Positions 21,976-33,146 of a stretch of DNA of 64,000 nucleotides are shown one piece after another. The DNA is from Felis catus. Its lineage: Eukaryota. The position numbers and the translations under genes are program-made. Location of the stretch: positions 202,866,001-202,930,000 of the forward strand of contig NC_058368.1 of assembly GCF_018350175.1 (NCBI RefSeq), read 5' to 3'. How positions within the stretch are numbered: the stretch's first letter is position 1; each line of letters starts with the position of its first letter. The notes under the pieces were generated by a model, which was not told the origin of the DNA, searched no databases, and saw only the letters and a list, made by a program, of their open reading frames with translations.

Positions 21976-24900
21976 CAGTTCAATTCCTAGTCGACACAGG
22001 GGCACAACATTCGGTCTTGATCAGACCCCATGGAAAAATTTCTGAAAAATCTTCCTGGGTCCAAGGGGCTACCGGAATAAAAAAATATCCCTGGACCACC
22101 CAGAGGACTGTGGACCTAGGAAATGGAAAGGTCACCCATTCCTTCCTAGTCATCCCCGACAGCCCATGCCCCTTATTAGGAAGAGACTTACTCACTAAAA
22201 TGGGGGCCCAGATTCATTTTATGCCAGGGGGCCCCCAAGTGACTGGCCCTCACAACCAACCCATTACCATACTTACTCTGAGATTAGAAGATGAATATCG
22301 ACTCCATCAGGGGCCACCCTCACAAAGTCAAAATATAGAGCCCTGGCTCCAGCAGTTTCCAGAAGCATGGGCTGAAACCGGGGGTATGGGGTTGGCTAAA
22401 CATCGCCCAGCTCTATTCATAGAGCTGAAACCGGGGGCAGATCCAGTTCGGGTCCGACAATACCCGATGTCAATGGAGGCCAGAAATGGCATCACACCAC
22501 ATATCCGTCGCCTCCTAGACTTAGGCATCTTGCGTCCCTGCCATTCAGCCTGGAACACCCCCCTGCTGCCTGTACGAAAACCTAACAGTGCGGACTACCG
22601 TCCGGTACAAGATCTGAGAGAAGTTAACCGCCGAGTCATGGACATACACCCAACAGTACCCAACCCCTATACCCTCCTAAGTGTCCTCAGTCCAGAAAGA
22701 CAATGGTATACTGTCCTTGATTTAAAAGATGCTTTTTCCAGCCTGCCTCTGGCCCCCAAAAGCCAAGAGCTCTTCGCCTTCGAGTGGTCCGACCCTCAGA
22801 GAGGCATAAATGGGCAACTCACCTGGACCCGGCTCCCCCAAGGATTTAAAAACTCACCCACCTTGTTCGATGAGGCACTTCACGAGGATCTGGGTGAGTA
22901 CCAGAATCAAAACCCCGAAGTGACTCTCTTGCAGTACGTTGACGATCTTTTAATCGCCGCTGAGACTGCCGAAGCTTGCTTGCAAGGCACCAAAAATCTC
23001 CTCCAGACACTTGGTGCCCTGGGGTACCGGGCTTCAGCAAAGAAAGCCCAAATTTGCAGATCCGAGGTAACCTACTTGGGGTATCTGTTAAGAGAAGGCC
23101 AACGATGGCTCACTGATGCATGGAAGGAAACCGTCCTCCGCATCCCCCGAACCACAACGCGAAGGCAGGTAAGAGAATTCCTGGGATCTGCCGGGTTCTG
23201 CCGCTTGTGGATACCTCGGTTCGCCGAGATGGCTAAGCCTCTTTACCTGGTCACCCAAGAACAGGCGCCCTTTGAGTGGACAGAGGAAACTGAGCAGGCT
23301 TTCCAGCAAATTAAACTCGCCCTGTTGTCGGCACCAGCCTTAGGGCTCCCCGATGTCTCCAAACCCTTTCATCTCTTCGTAGATGAAAATAAAGGGGTAG
23401 CCAAAGCAGTGCTGATGCAACTCCTTGGCCCATGGCCCAGGCCCGTTGCCTATCTTTCAAAAAGACTGGACCCAGTAGTGGCTGGCTGGCCCCCTTGCCT
23501 CCGTATGATCGCTGCTACAGCTCTAATGGTAAAGGATGCTGATTAGTTAACTATGGGACAAGAGTTACATGTTACAACCCCTCATGCCATCGAAGGGGTC
23601 TTCAAACAACCTCCTGACAGATGGATAAGTAACGCCTGACTGGTTCACTACCAGGGACTATTATTAAATCCCCTCAGAATCATTTATGCTCCCCCCCGAA
23701 CACTAAACCCTGCCTCCCTGTTACCAGACCCGGACTTAGATACCCCCCTCCATGACTGCGCTGAGATATTGGCACAGGTTCATGGACTTCAGGAAGATAT
23801 ACAGGATGACCCGCTACCAGACGCCGAGGTTACCTGGTTCACTGACGGCAGCAGCTTTGTACATCAGGGTCAAAGGTACGTGGGGGCAGCAGTCACAACT
23901 GAAACAGACTGTTTGGGCAGAGCCTTTGCCAGCTGGCACCTCTGCCCAACGGGCTGAACTTGCGGCCTTAACCAAGGCACTGACTTTGGGAAAAGACAAG
24001 AGACTAAACGTGTATACCGATAGCAGATATGTTTTTGCTACGGCCCACATACATGGAGCTATATACAGAGAGAGGGGACTGTTAACTGCAGAGGGGAAAA
24101 CTATCAAAAACAAAGAAGAAATATTGGCTCTTTTAAAGGCACTCTGGCTGCCTAAACGACTAGCCATCATACATTGCCCAGGCCACCAAAAACCGATCAC
24201 ACCGGTGGCCAAAGGAAATAATTTGGCTGACCAGGTGGCCCGAGAGGTGGCCTTACAGGTGGACTATACTTTAATGACCACCCTACCAGACCCGGTTCAA
24301 CTAGTTTACCAGAAAGTCCCACCTACACTAAAGAAGACCTAAACTGGATCCAAAAATTGCCTATGACTCACTGCCTTAACGGATGGTGGAGAGCAGCAGA
24401 CTGTAGCATAATTCTCCCAGAAGAAATGGGAAATAAAGTCTTATCCAAGATGCACCGAGCCACTCATATGGGCACAAGAAAAATGCAAGACTTAATAAGG
24501 CATGCCAGAATCACCATTAAAGACTCCAGGACAAAAATTGAGCAGATAGTTACTAGCTATAAAGCTTGCCAACTAACTAATGCCACCAACCACGGGAAAA
24601 ACCCTGGCTCCAGAACCTGCGGAACCAGGGCGGGAGCCTATTGGGAAGTAGACTTCACCGAGGTAAAGCCTGGAAAAGATGGATATAATATTTGCTAGTG
24701 TTTATAGATACCTTTTCAGGATGGACAGAGGCCTTCCCCACCAAGCATGAGACTGCGCAGGTAGTAGCAAAGAAAATGTTAGAAGACATCATGCCCAGGT
24801 ACAGATTCCCTACCCTAATAGGATCAGACAACGGACCAGCGTTCATTTCAAAGGTAATACAAGGGATAGCGCAGTTTATTGGGGCCGATTGGAAACTACA

Positions 24901-25585
24901 TTGTGCATATAGACCCCAAAGCTCAGGACAGGTAGAAAGAATGAATAGAACCCTAAAAGAGACCCTAACCAAATTGACCATGGAGACTGGCGCTAACTGG
25001 GTAGTCTTACTCCCCTACGCTCTGTTCAGGGTGCGAAATTCCCCCTACAAACTGGGATTAACCCCCTTTGAAATCATGTATGGAATACCCCCTCCTATAA
25101 TTCCCAACCTACAGTCTAATGTGTTAACTGAATTTGATGATCATAAACTTCTTATTTCCCTGAGGGAACTCCAGCGCACCCACCAGAAAGTTTGGCCCAG
25201 ACTGAGAGCCATTTACGAGACCGGGCCCCCTCCTGAGCCGCATCACTACCGACCGGGAGACTGGGCATACTTGCGGAGACATAAGCAAGAGACCCTCCAA
25301 CCACGGTGGAAGGGACCCTACATTGTGATCCTCACTACACCCACCGCTCTCAAAGTCGACAGGATTGCTACCTGGATCCATTACACCCACGCCTGACCAG
25401 CTGATCCATTTGCGGTTCGAGAAGACTTCATGCCAAAAGCCAACACCGCCTGGACGGTTGACCAGAGTAAGACCCATCCTTTAAAATTGGCTCTGCGTCG
25501 AAAACCTGACCCCGAAACCCAGCTGAGACCAAAGGCCTGGGTGTCCCATACCAAGACTGTTGCAGCAGCTCCGAACCCACAATGA
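21915..25585 (+). pseudogene. pol: pro-pol (protease, RT, RNase H, integrase); open to 23543, then disrupted
   Basis: LVDTGA protease; [17 protein letters not shown] and YVDD in RT; WFTDGSS and YTDSRY in RNase H; WEVDFTE, SDNGPAF and GQVERMN in IN. Stops at 23544, 23637, 25394; frameshifts near 23908, 24292, 24687; IN CxxC mutated to YKAC. Confidence 0.95.
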
Positions 25586-26382
25586 TCGAAGGAACACTCA
25601 TTAGCGTGCTCCTGCTCACCTCCTACGGACTGATAAGTATTGCGAGCAACCCCCATATACCCTATACTTTAACTTGGGAGGTTTCTAATTTGGAAACCCA
25701 GGAAGTCTATAATACTACCACAGCAGACGATACTCCCCTAAATGCCTGGTGGCCTGATCTATATTTTAACCTAGAGGACGTAGCCGTAACCATGGGGATA
25801 CTTCCCCCCAATGGAAGCCGCCAGCGTCCTAATCCGTCATGGACCGGAACCCCAGAAAATGAAAAAAAGCGCATAAGATCTGGTGGGTTTTATGCATGTC
25901 CTGGGTTCAGAACAGGAGCAATGAAAAAAACCTGTGGAGGAATCGAATCCTTCTACTGTAAGGCTTGGAGTTGTGTCACTACCAATGATGGAAGCTGGAA
26001 ATGGGAGGTAAAACCCCATTATATTGACATGAAATTTGCCAGCCCCTGTCCCAAGCAAACCCATGCCTGTAACCTTATTCGTATCAAATTCCTAGAGGAC
26101 GGAAAAAAGGAGACGAGATGGATTACGGGACTAAATTGGGGAATTTACCTGTATCGGGGACCGCCTTACTTTGCAACTGTTATTCAGATAAGATTAAAAA
26201 TAAAACCCAAAGCTTCACCAACACTAATAGGGCCAAACCAGTCAGTATGGCCCACAAGTAAGCCTAATACTACCCCGCAGTCCACAAATAAGGGTACTAA
26301 TCCTCCGGCCACTCAGGTGGTCACTGTAACCGGGACAACCCCAAGAAAACCCCAAATAAATCCAAATCCCATTCAAAGATGA
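25582..26382 (+). CDS. env: Truncated soluble Env ORF (signal peptide + RBD + proline-rich region), 266 aa
   Basis: Uninterrupted ATG-to-TGA ORF ending at the end of the proline-rich hinge; no membrane anchor; expression not shown. Confidence 0.6.
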   Translation: MIEGTLISVLLLTSYGLISIASNPHIPYTLTWEVSNLETQEVYNTTTADDTPLNAWWPDLYFNLEDVAVTMGILPPNGSRQRPNPSWTGTPENEKKRIRSGGFYACPGFRTGAMKKTCGGIESFYCKAWSCVTTNDGSWKWEVKPHYIDMKFASPCPKQTHACNLIRIKFLEDGKKETRWITGLNWGIYLYRGPPYFATVIQIRLKIKPKASPTLIGPNQSVWPTSKPNTTPQSTNKGTNPPATQVVTVTGTTPRKPQINPNPIQR

Positions 26383-27444
26383 CCCCTTATGGGTAATGAT
26401 AAATACCACTTATCAGGCCTGAAACCATACTAACCCTAATGAGACAGAAGCTTGTTGGTTGTGCTATTCTATACAACCCCCATTTTATGAATCAGTGGCT
26501 ATAATGGGTAATTATAACACTGCAAACAACTCAGATACTTGCAGTTGGGGACAAAAAAGACCTGGTCTCACACTACCAGTGCTTACGGTAAATGGGACAT
26601 ATATAGGAACAGTGCCAACAAAATATAGCCACTTATGCATAAGTTACAGAAATATATTCAATACTTCAGAAAACTGGATTATTCCACCAGATAACTCATG
26701 GTGGCTTTGTTCTCATGCGGGATTAACCCCTTGCCTCTATAAGGATATGTTCAATCAGTCAGAATTCTGTGTAATGGTAATTGTGTTCCCAAAAATCATA
26801 TACCACACAACTGAGTATGTAGACCAGATGTGGATAGCACCCAAAAGAGTAACTAAGAGAGCACTCATTACTGCAGGGGCTCTAACTCTAGCCACCATAT
26901 TCGGACTCGGGGCCATCGGAACAGGGACAGGGATCTCGGCCTTAACTATACAAAACAAGGGATTTAGTATACTTAGAGAAGCGGTTGACAAAGACATAGA
27001 AAGAATTGAGACTGCCATCACTTCGCTTGAAAAATCCCTAACCTCCCTCTCGGAAGTAGTTTTACAAAACAGGAGAGGATTAGACCTGCTGTTCCTACAG
27101 CAAGGTGGTCTCTGTGCAGCACTAGGAGAAGAATGTTGCTTCTACGCTGACCACACAGGAATAGTAAGGGATTCTATAGCCAAGATCCGAGAAGGGCTAG
27201 CCAAACGAAAAAAAGAGAACAGGAGGCAGGGTGGTTTGAATCCTGGTTCAACGCGTCCCCTTGGTTAACTGCCCTGCTCTCCGCTTTACTCGGGCCTCTA
27301 GCCATCCTACTTCTCGCTCTCACATTAGGCCCCTGCATCATAAACAAAATTATTAATTTTGTCCAAGACAGGTTCAATGCTATACAATTAATGGTCTTAC
27401 GAACTCAGTACCAACCGCTCGAGACATTACAAATAGAAAATTAA
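25582..27444 (+). pseudogene. env: Gamma-type envelope (SU-TM), disrupted
   Basis: Signal peptide, NPH, FYACPG, CWLC; ISD LQNRRGLDLLFLQQGGL; CX6CC; TM anchor and tail ending QYQPLETLQIEN* at 27444. Frameshift 26357-26380, stop 26420-26422, frameshift near 27210. Confidence 0.95.
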
Positions 27445-27470
27445 AGATCCAAGATTGGCTCTTTAGGCAC

Positions 27471-27484
27471 AAGAAAAAGGGGGG
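27471..27484 (+). promoter_or_regulatory. Polypurine tract
   Basis: AAGAAAAAGGGGGG followed by AA and the 3' LTR TG. Confidence 0.93.
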
Positions 27485-27486
27485 AA

Positions 27487-28110
27487 TGAAAAGAACAGCT
27501 TTAAATCCAAATGACAGCCCTGCCTTAGTTTAAAGCTAAGTTCTTTTTTCTGCTTATTATGGATCTTTGATAAAAAAATATATATATATACAATTGCTGA
27601 GAAGTCTGTTTGCTACGTGTATTGTGAAACCTTTCCTGAATGTAACTCGCTATGTAACAGAGTAAGTTGTAAAACTTCCTAAATGTAGTCTGGTATGTAA
27701 TAGAATAAGTGATTGTACATAAACTAACCAGCATTTCTCACTTCTGTAAACCTGCTTGCTTAACACATTCCTCCCCTACCCCCTTCCCCCTTCCCCCTTT
27801 CCTCCCGCCACAAGTAAGGGACAAAGCCTTCCCGCCAAAGGACAGACAAAGGACGCCCAATCAGAGAACAACAAATGTCCTTACTTTAAAACCAACTAAT
27901 CAGGCCCCTCATAATTTGAAACCTCCCCTGTGCTATTTGTCTCTGTCTATAAAAACGCTGTACCAACCCAGATTGAGGCCTCTTAGCGTCACCGGCAACG
28001 AGTGCGCGGAGGTCCAGGTTCAAACCTGCAATAAACGACCCTTGCCGCTTGGCTTTGACTTATGACTCTGGTGGTCTTTTGTGGGAGGTTTTGGAACTTC
28101 AGGCATTACA
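27487..28110 (+). repeat. 3' LTR (624 bp)
   Basis: Follows the PPT; near-identical to the 5' LTR (about 10 substitutions, a 2-bp indel, shorter A/TA tract); AATAAA 28030-28035. Confidence 0.97.
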
Positions 28111-28292
28111 ATCTGAATCTGTGTTAAACTCAACAGGGGTTCATTTTGATGTCTCCAGGTCTATCTCATTATCACATCCATCACTCAACCTTTCTCCTTG
28201 CTTGTCTGTAACCCTCCATTCTAACATTGAGAACCATGACTTCCCCTATCTGCTATACACTTAATTATTAAATTCTAGTTCACATATACAGT

Positions 28293-28412
28293 GAGAGAGA
28301 GGTGAGAGGGAAGAGAGAGATAGAGAGAGGGAGACTCCCAAGCAGGCTCCATGCTGTCAGTGCAGAGCTTGACACGGGACTTGATCTCATGAACAGCAAG
28401 ATCATGACCTGA
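28293..28412 (-). mobile_element. Headless and tailless SINE fragment resembling the copy at 17982-18188
   Basis: Shares the idiosyncratic GAGAGGTGAGAGGGA...GATAGAGAGAGGGAG and GAACAGCAAGATC. Confidence 0.85.
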
Positions 28413-28443
28413 ACCATGATCTTTATAAGAAATAATTTTTTTA

Positions 28444-28668
28444 GGGGCGCCTGGGTGGCGCAGTCGGTTAAGCGTCCAACTTCAGCCAGGTCACGATCTC
28501 GCAGTCTGTGAGTTCGAGCCCCGCGTCGGGCTCTGGGCTGATGGCTCAGAGCCTGGAGCCTGTTTCTGATTCTGTGTCTCCCTCTTTCTATGACCCTCCC
28601 CCGTTCATGCTCTGTCTCTCTCTGTCCCCAAAATAAATAAACGTTGAAAAAAAAATTAAAAAAAAAAA
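28444..28668 (+). mobile_element. Can-SINE (SINEC_Fc type)
   Basis: TSD AAGAAATAATTTTTT. Confidence 0.95.
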
Positions 28669-28906
28669 AGAAATAATTTTTTATTTATCTTTATAAGAAA
28701 TAAATTTACTAACTAGAGTACAGTACATTTTTGCCATTAGTTTTACAGTTTTCACTCATTTTCAAAGTTATATACAATAATTCCCTATGGAATTCTATTG
28801 GTAAAATAGCTGTGAGGGCTAGAAACATCATAGGAGAATTTTCAAGTAAAGGAAAATCTGAGGCCCACAGTGATCATCAATTAAAATGTCTAGGATACCT
28901 CAGTGC

Positions 28907-29385
28907 TATAGTGGAGGAAAAAGTTTTCCTCAAACCTCTTAGGGCCCCTGGTTTGGCCTGAAAATTAAACTGACAGACATATTAGCAGAAAAAAAGCATA
29001 CACATTCTATTGAATTTTTATATATACATGGGAGCCTTCACAGGAGAGTGAAGACCCAAAGAAGTGACAAGAGAAAGAAGCTATTATATCTTTTATACTT
29101 AGGGAAACAATATATTTGTAAAGAACTGGGACAAAGGAGTTTGGGCTAGAGGTAGCAAATGTTTAAGAAATAATTAGAAAAATAAGGATTAGTTTAACAA
29201 GGTTTGTTTGCACAGATTCTCATTTCCAAATTCCCCATATCTGGTGATAATAATGTCTTATTCTGACCTCTGGGGGAGGTCAGAATGACCTTCCTGCTTT
29301 GGCTGTTTTTCAGTCTCCTTTAGCTTAAGATATTAAGTATACCATGGTACCATATTTTGGGGGTAGTGCATCCTGAACCCTGTCA
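28907..29385 (-). mobile_element. Solo LTR (ERV1-like)
   Basis: 4-bp GTGC flanks; ends TGTCA; similar to 52044-52527. Confidence 0.7.
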
Positions 29386-30159
29386 GTGCCTATTTGGTTT
29401 TGACTTTTGAACAAGTCTATGGTATGTCAGAGCAATTAATTCTAGTAGTTTTACTTGATGCAACAGAAAAATGTGTAATGCCATGAAGATGTGTTTGACA
29501 CAGGGTTGACAAAAAAACTCTAGATAGTTTTTTTTTAGGCTATATACTCTAAAATGACATGGTAGAAAAGAAGACTGAAAATATCTACATCAAAATGGCG
29601 GACAAGGATTATTGATACATGATAATATCATGGATGATTTTAATTTTTCAATTATTAAAAATATTCTACAATGAACAATTAGATTCTATAATATTGGGAG
29701 AAAATATGAATAAGTCTCAAAAGCCATTATTCAGATTCTAGTCTAGATGATATTAAATTATGTTAAGCAGAGAGAATTTCATCACAATTTAGAAGTAATC
29801 CCACAATCAGAAATACTGGTGCTTGCCATGATCATTCCAGATTATATTCATAGCTTTCTTATAGTCTGGTCAATATTGTTTATTAAGACCTTACTCCACT
29901 TGCATTTGCTCTTTCCTTAATAAAAATTGACTTCTTATTAAAGAGGAATTATAGAACAAAAAGCTCTCCTGTCTAAAAGAATAGAAGTATTAATGACGAA
30001 ATCATAAGTAATTGGATCTTACACTGGACACAAATATCATCTAGTAGCAGCTAAAATTAAAGGGTTAATTAACCTACTCATTAAAATTATTTGGCAGATT
30101 TAAGTTGCTTGGTTAATGATCACTGTATAACGCAGCAGGAAGGAAAACAGTCTTATCTT

Positions 30160-32016
30160 TTTTTTTTTAAATTAACGTTAGTTACCATATAGTGTAGTAT
30201 TGGCTTCAAGAGTAGAATTTAGTGATTCATCACTTACATACAACACCCAATGCTTATCCCAGCAAGTGCCTTCCTTAATGCTCATGTAACCCATAACTCC
30301 ATCACCTCCCCTCCAGCTCTCAGGTTTTTCTCTATATTTAAGAGTCTCTTAAGGTTTGCTCTCTGTTCTTTTCTTCTTTTATTTTTCCTTCTCTCCTCCT
30401 CTATGTTCAGCTGTTTTGTTTCTTAAATTCCACATATGAGTGAAATCATATGATATTTCTCTTTCCCTGAGTGACTTATTTCACTTAGTATAATATACTG
30501 TAATTCCACCCACGTAGTTGCAAATGGCAAGATTTCATTCTTTTTGATCGCCGAGTAATATTCCATTGTATATGTTTGTTCTAGCTCTGTGAAAAATGTC
30601 TATGTAATTTTGATAGGGATCACACTGAATGTGTAGATTGCTTTGGGTAGTATAGACATTTTAACAATACTTATTCTTCCAATTCATGAGCATGGGATTA
30701 TTTTCCATTTCTTTTTTTTTCATAAGCTTTCTACAGTTTTCAGCATAAGATCTTTTACCTCTTTTATTAGGTTTATTCCTGTGTATCTTATGGTTTTTTG
30801 GTGCAATTGTAAATGGGGTCGATTCCTTGATTTCTCTTTCTGCTGCTTCATTATTGGTGCAGCCAATATCTGCACATTGATTTTATATCCTGCAACTTTG
30901 CCGAATTCATGTATCATTCCTAGCAGGTTTTTTTGGTGGAGTCTTTCTGGTTTTCCATGTAGAGTATCATGTCATCTGCGAAGAGTGGAAGTTTGACTTC
31001 TTCCTTGCTGATTTGTATGCCTTTTCTTTTTGTCTGATTTTTGAGTCTAGGGCTCCCAGTACTATGCTGAATAGCAGTGGTGAGAGTGGACATCCCTGTC
31101 ATGTTCCTGACCTTCAGAGGAAGGCTCTCAGATTTGCCCCCATTGAGGATGAAATTAGCTGTGGGTCTTTTATGTATGGCCTTTATTATGTTGAGTTAGG
31201 TTCCTTCTATCCCTACTTTCTTGACGGATTTTATCAAGAAACGATGCTGTATTTTGTCAAATACTTTTTCTGCGCCTATTGAGAGTATCATAAGGATACG
31301 GGAGCATAAGACAGGCTGACTGGATGCAAACACTCTTCCTCCCCCCAGGTGGGATATGTGTGATATATCTTAGGCACTCCTGGCTGCCCAGGAACAAAAG
31401 AAAGGGGAAAAACAAATGGTTAACTGATAGATCATAGTCTTGCAGGACCTGAGTCTCCATCTATTTACAAGTATCTTAGTAAATCACAAGAAAAAGACAA
31501 TCTTGTCAATACCTAATCTCCAGAAATCTATAGACTCTGTTTCCTGGAGCCCCAACATCACCCCTCCATAGTGCTGTGGGAAACAAAGGAAAAAAGAAAT
31601 GGCAGATAGAACTAAATTTCCTTATAACCTGCAGCCCATTTACAAATAATTGAAGCAGGCAAAGCAAAATTTTTCTCCAGGAATTCCCTACTGTTTTAAT
31701 GCTAATGATTTGCTAGAAGGAAAAACAACCTTAGCTTGACAATAGTCAGGCCTCCAGTATCCTTGGACTCTTTCTTTAGCATCTGAAAACCTCATTGGAA
31801 ACTTCTCCTGGACTTTACCTCCCCCCAAATCCATAGTATATAACAGTGTCTCCTCATGGTCCTGGGGAAGCTCTTCCTGTCCTGTCCCCTTGATTTAATA
31901 AAACCACTTTTTTGCACCAAAAACGTCTTTAAGAATTCTTTCTTGGCTGTCAGCTCCAGACCCTGCGAACCCCAATATCACCCAGAAAAACCTCATCAAT
32001 ATGGTTTTTATCCTTT
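30160..32016 (-). mobile_element. 5'-truncated carnivore L1 with internal deletion and nested solo LTR
   Basis: Poly-T at 30158; L1 3' UTR; ORF2 RT motif LFADDMILY on the minus strand; near-TSD GGAAAACAGTCTTATCTT / GGAAAAGAGTCTATCTT. Confidence 0.9.
31291..31998 (+). mobile_element. Solo LTR nested in L1
   Basis: Interrupts contiguous L1 sequence; AATAAA; ends CTCATCA; similar to the LTRs at 32517, 33147 and 37282. Confidence 0.8.
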
Positions 32017-32516
32017 GGAAAAGAGTCTATCTTATTAAACAAATGAAAATTTCTATACAATTTAAATTTTCCTTGAAATGTTCATTTAAATAATAAGGCC
32101 TATGTCTGATCATCTTCTGAAGGACTGATTAATTTATCTCAGAGATTGTCTGAGGATATGGGGTTTCAGGAAGGGCACCACCCACCCAGTTTAGAGACTA
32201 TGCTAGAGGGATAAAATTGATTCCAATCTAAGGGAAGAAGGAATTCATTTAGTCTGGAATGAGACATCATGCCTAGGGGGTAAAACTAACTAAGATCTCT
32301 TTGAACATAAAAGATTAAAAACTCAGCAGCTGCTTTCTGCGAAGTAGCTTTCTATGGCGTTTACTGTGGTCTTAGATTAAACCTGATATTTGTTTTCAAC
32401 CTATCTGACTTCTCTGGTTTCCATTCTTCACCACTTTGCTGGGTTGTTTTTTTATGACTTCGCTGGTTTTCAGCTAATATTCTGCATCTGACTATAATCT
32501 GCCTGGTATTGATTAC

Positions 32517-32932
32517 TGATGTGGGAAACAAAGGCAGAAGAAATGCCAGATAAAATTCAATTTCCTTATTACCTGCAGTCCATTGACAAATACTGAAGCA
32601 GGCAGAGCAAAATGTTTCTCCAGGAGCTCCCTACTGTCTTAATGCTAATGCTTTCCTAGAGGGAAAAACAACCCTAGCTTGACAATAGCCAGGCCTCCAG
32701 TATCCTGGGAATCTTCTTTAGCATATGAAAACCTCATTGGAAACTTCCCCTGGATTTTACCTCCCCCAACCAGTCTTTCTTCAAGGTCCCAGGGCAGTTC
32801 TTCCTGCCCTTGGGTCCTGTCCTCATGCTTTAATAAAATCATCTTTTTGTACCAAAGACGTCCTCAAGAATTCTTTCTTGGACTTCGGCTCCAGACCCCA
32901 TGAGCCCCACCATCACCCCCAAAACCTTATCA
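32517..32932 (+). mobile_element. Solo LTR (416 bp)
   Basis: TGAT...ATCA termini, 5-bp TSD ATTAC, AATAAA. Confidence 0.88.
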
Positions 32933-33146
32933 ATTACTGTCTGGTCACAAGCCTGATTTTGAAAATCAATCTGCCTGATAGCTTGAGTTATAAGCCAAAC
33001 CATTTGAAGCAAGACAGGTGTGGAGTGGAGCAGAGAAAGGTATTTTAGAAAGGAAAATTGTCATTTTATTTGTTTTTATTTTGGTTGTGACCCACTGTAT
33101 ATGAAATTGGCCTGTAAACTGAATATTTGTAGAAAGCAAAAGTAGG

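Larger units (their letters stand above)
18501..28110 (+). mobile_element. Full-length endogenous gammaretrovirus (class I ERV) provirus, LTR-gag-pro-pol-env-LTR, replication-defective
   Basis: TG...CA LTRs at both ends; identical 4-bp flanks ATCT (18497-18500, 28111-28114); PBS, PPT and gammaretroviral Gag/Pol/Env motifs in order. Confidence 0.98.
28111..28780 (-). mobile_element. Continuation of the L1MC-like element right of the provirus (contains SINE inserts)
   Basis: Sequence continues the recalled L1MC consensus across the ATCT TSD. Confidence 0.55.

Noticed and set aside
21980..27377. Minus-strand ORFs across pol and env
   Set aside because: Short shadow frames of coding sequence; no evidence of an antisense gene.
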